Shown here: positions 62,496-64,000 of the stretch, one piece after another | How positions within the stretch are numbered: the stretch's first letter is position 1 | Layout: each line of letters opens with the position of its first letter | The notes under the pieces: generated by a model | Seen by the model: only the letters and a program-made list of their open reading frames with translations | Databases searched by the model: none | What the model was told of the DNA's origin: nothing | Position numbers and translations under genes: made by a program | From: Eledone cirrhosa | Taxonomy: Eukaryota | Direction of reading: 5' to 3' | NCBI GenBank assembly: GCA_964016885.1 | Contig: OZ024740.1 | Coordinates: 139,562,001-139,626,000, forward strand | Length of the DNA stretch: 64,000 nt

Positions 62496-62580
62496 AAATA
62501 TACTCCAAGTATTTGTCGAGTGCTTTTATATCAGTTATAAATATTTACTAGTTGTAACCCAACAATTTTAAATATAACTT

Positions 62581-62661
<81 letters not shown>

Positions 62662-62663
<2 letters not shown>

Positions 62664-63452
62664 TGATCAATGTTCAGAGCCATCCTCAGCACCCATCCAC
62701 CATCTGAGTGAGTTTCTTGGTCAGCGTCCAAGTCTCAAACCCGTACAGCAGCATAGACTCCACTTCAGCAATGAAGAGGCGGATTTTCACGTCTTTACGA
62801 AGGTCCGACTTCCACACCGATCTCAAGCTGTGGCACGCCGCCTAGGCTTTGCTCTTCCTCTCAACCACATCATCTTCCGTATTCCCAATCTTTGCTCCCA
62901 AATACAGGAAGTCCTCAACCAATTCTAGCGGCTTCCCGCCTACATTAGCGATCCTCTCTGGTTTCTCATAATTCTCTACCAAATATTTTGTTTTAGTCTC
63001 ATTCATTCTCATCCCCACACTCATCGACACAGTCTCAACCTCCTGCATCAAATCCTCTGCCTCCTTCACTGTATTTGTCACCAAAACTATGTCGTCGGCA
63101 AATTCAGCATCCGATATCTTTTTCGCCTTAACTCTCCTGCTCTGAGTATACACTGAGGATGAAAAACTCAGAGCTGTATGGGAGCCTCCCAAAAGTCAGC
63201 TCAAAAGTGACACAGAGGAGACTGAGGTTAGCTGACATGCTCACCGACATCCAGAGTTGACATTGCACTCAGTGCTCCTGTGGAAGCCCCTGCATGGATA
63301 CACTGGAAGAGGTAGACCGAGGTTACCATATGTTGATGCCCTAAGGACAGACACTGGTCTGTTGGAGACGCAGGACATAGCAGCGATAATGAGGGACAGA
63401 GACCGCTGGAGAGAACTCGTCCATGGATCTCGGGAATTTTACCCGCCCTAGA
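62662..63452. mobile_element. RTE-like LINE with 5' inversion
   Basis: The - strand (63190 to 62662) encodes EFADDIVL...MNETKTKY...LLYGFETWTL. The + strand (63190-63451) encodes the downstream RRLRLA...RGRPRLPYVD...DRDRWR. Confidence 0.82.
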
Positions 63453-63586
63453 ATATATAACAAATTAAGACGCCAGACAAATTCTTACATCATTTAATAA
63501 TAACAAGTTTCGACATGGGAATTGTAAATAGAAACTGTGACGGGTTTTAAAAGAGTTGATGATTGAGCCTATACAGAAGATTTTGA

Positions 63587-63679
<93 letters not shown>

Positions 63680-63894
63680 ATAGTAAGGCACTCATACACA
63701 CACTCAGTGTTTTGCCCCATATGCAACTTTCCAGTAGCTTGTTGTAAGCAGTCGTGCAAACATGTCAGAATATTATGCATTACCACCCAATTGCACAAAA
63801 TTACATTGACCAGCTTTGATAGAATATGGAGACGGATGCTTTTACTTATTTGTCTCGCGTATTTCAATTCTTTTATGTGCGACTTTGGTATGTT

Positions 63895-63934
<40 letters not shown>

Positions 63935-64000
63935 CCGTTTATTTAATATCATTGAATATTTACTCCAGAAAACTGTCGAGTGCTCTGAAACAGTTATAAA

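Noticed and set aside
63737-63887. Possible plus-strand exon with a signal-peptide-like MLLLICLAYF and a GTATGT donor
   Set aside because: Splice signals alone are insufficient; needs transcript evidence.

Overview
Eukaryotic, AT-rich, extremely microsatellite-rich non-coding DNA. The SINEs resemble those I recall from Octopus, so a cephalopod origin is inferred, not proven. No host gene can be confidently called, and almost all ORFs in the track are microsatellite artefacts. The window is a retroelement graveyard: RTE, CRE-like, R4/Dong-like, CR1 and Tx1 LINE fragments, a near-intact 5'-truncated Penelope-like element (RT + GIY-YIG), SINEs, a mariner relic and a non-autonomous Helitron. The standout is a set of small non-coding elements inserted in (TA)n tracts that carry type-I hammerhead ribozymes with palindromic stem III. 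The best examples are two arrays of a 310-bp ribozyme-containing unit (18208-19895, 22643-24648), each made of two head-to-head tandem arms with identical outer ends. At least five other, unrelated small families also carry hammerheads and show the same fold-back architecture. This looks like a (TA)n-targeted retrozyme / Penelope-mobilised small-RNA system, with a plausible helper Penelope element in the same window.
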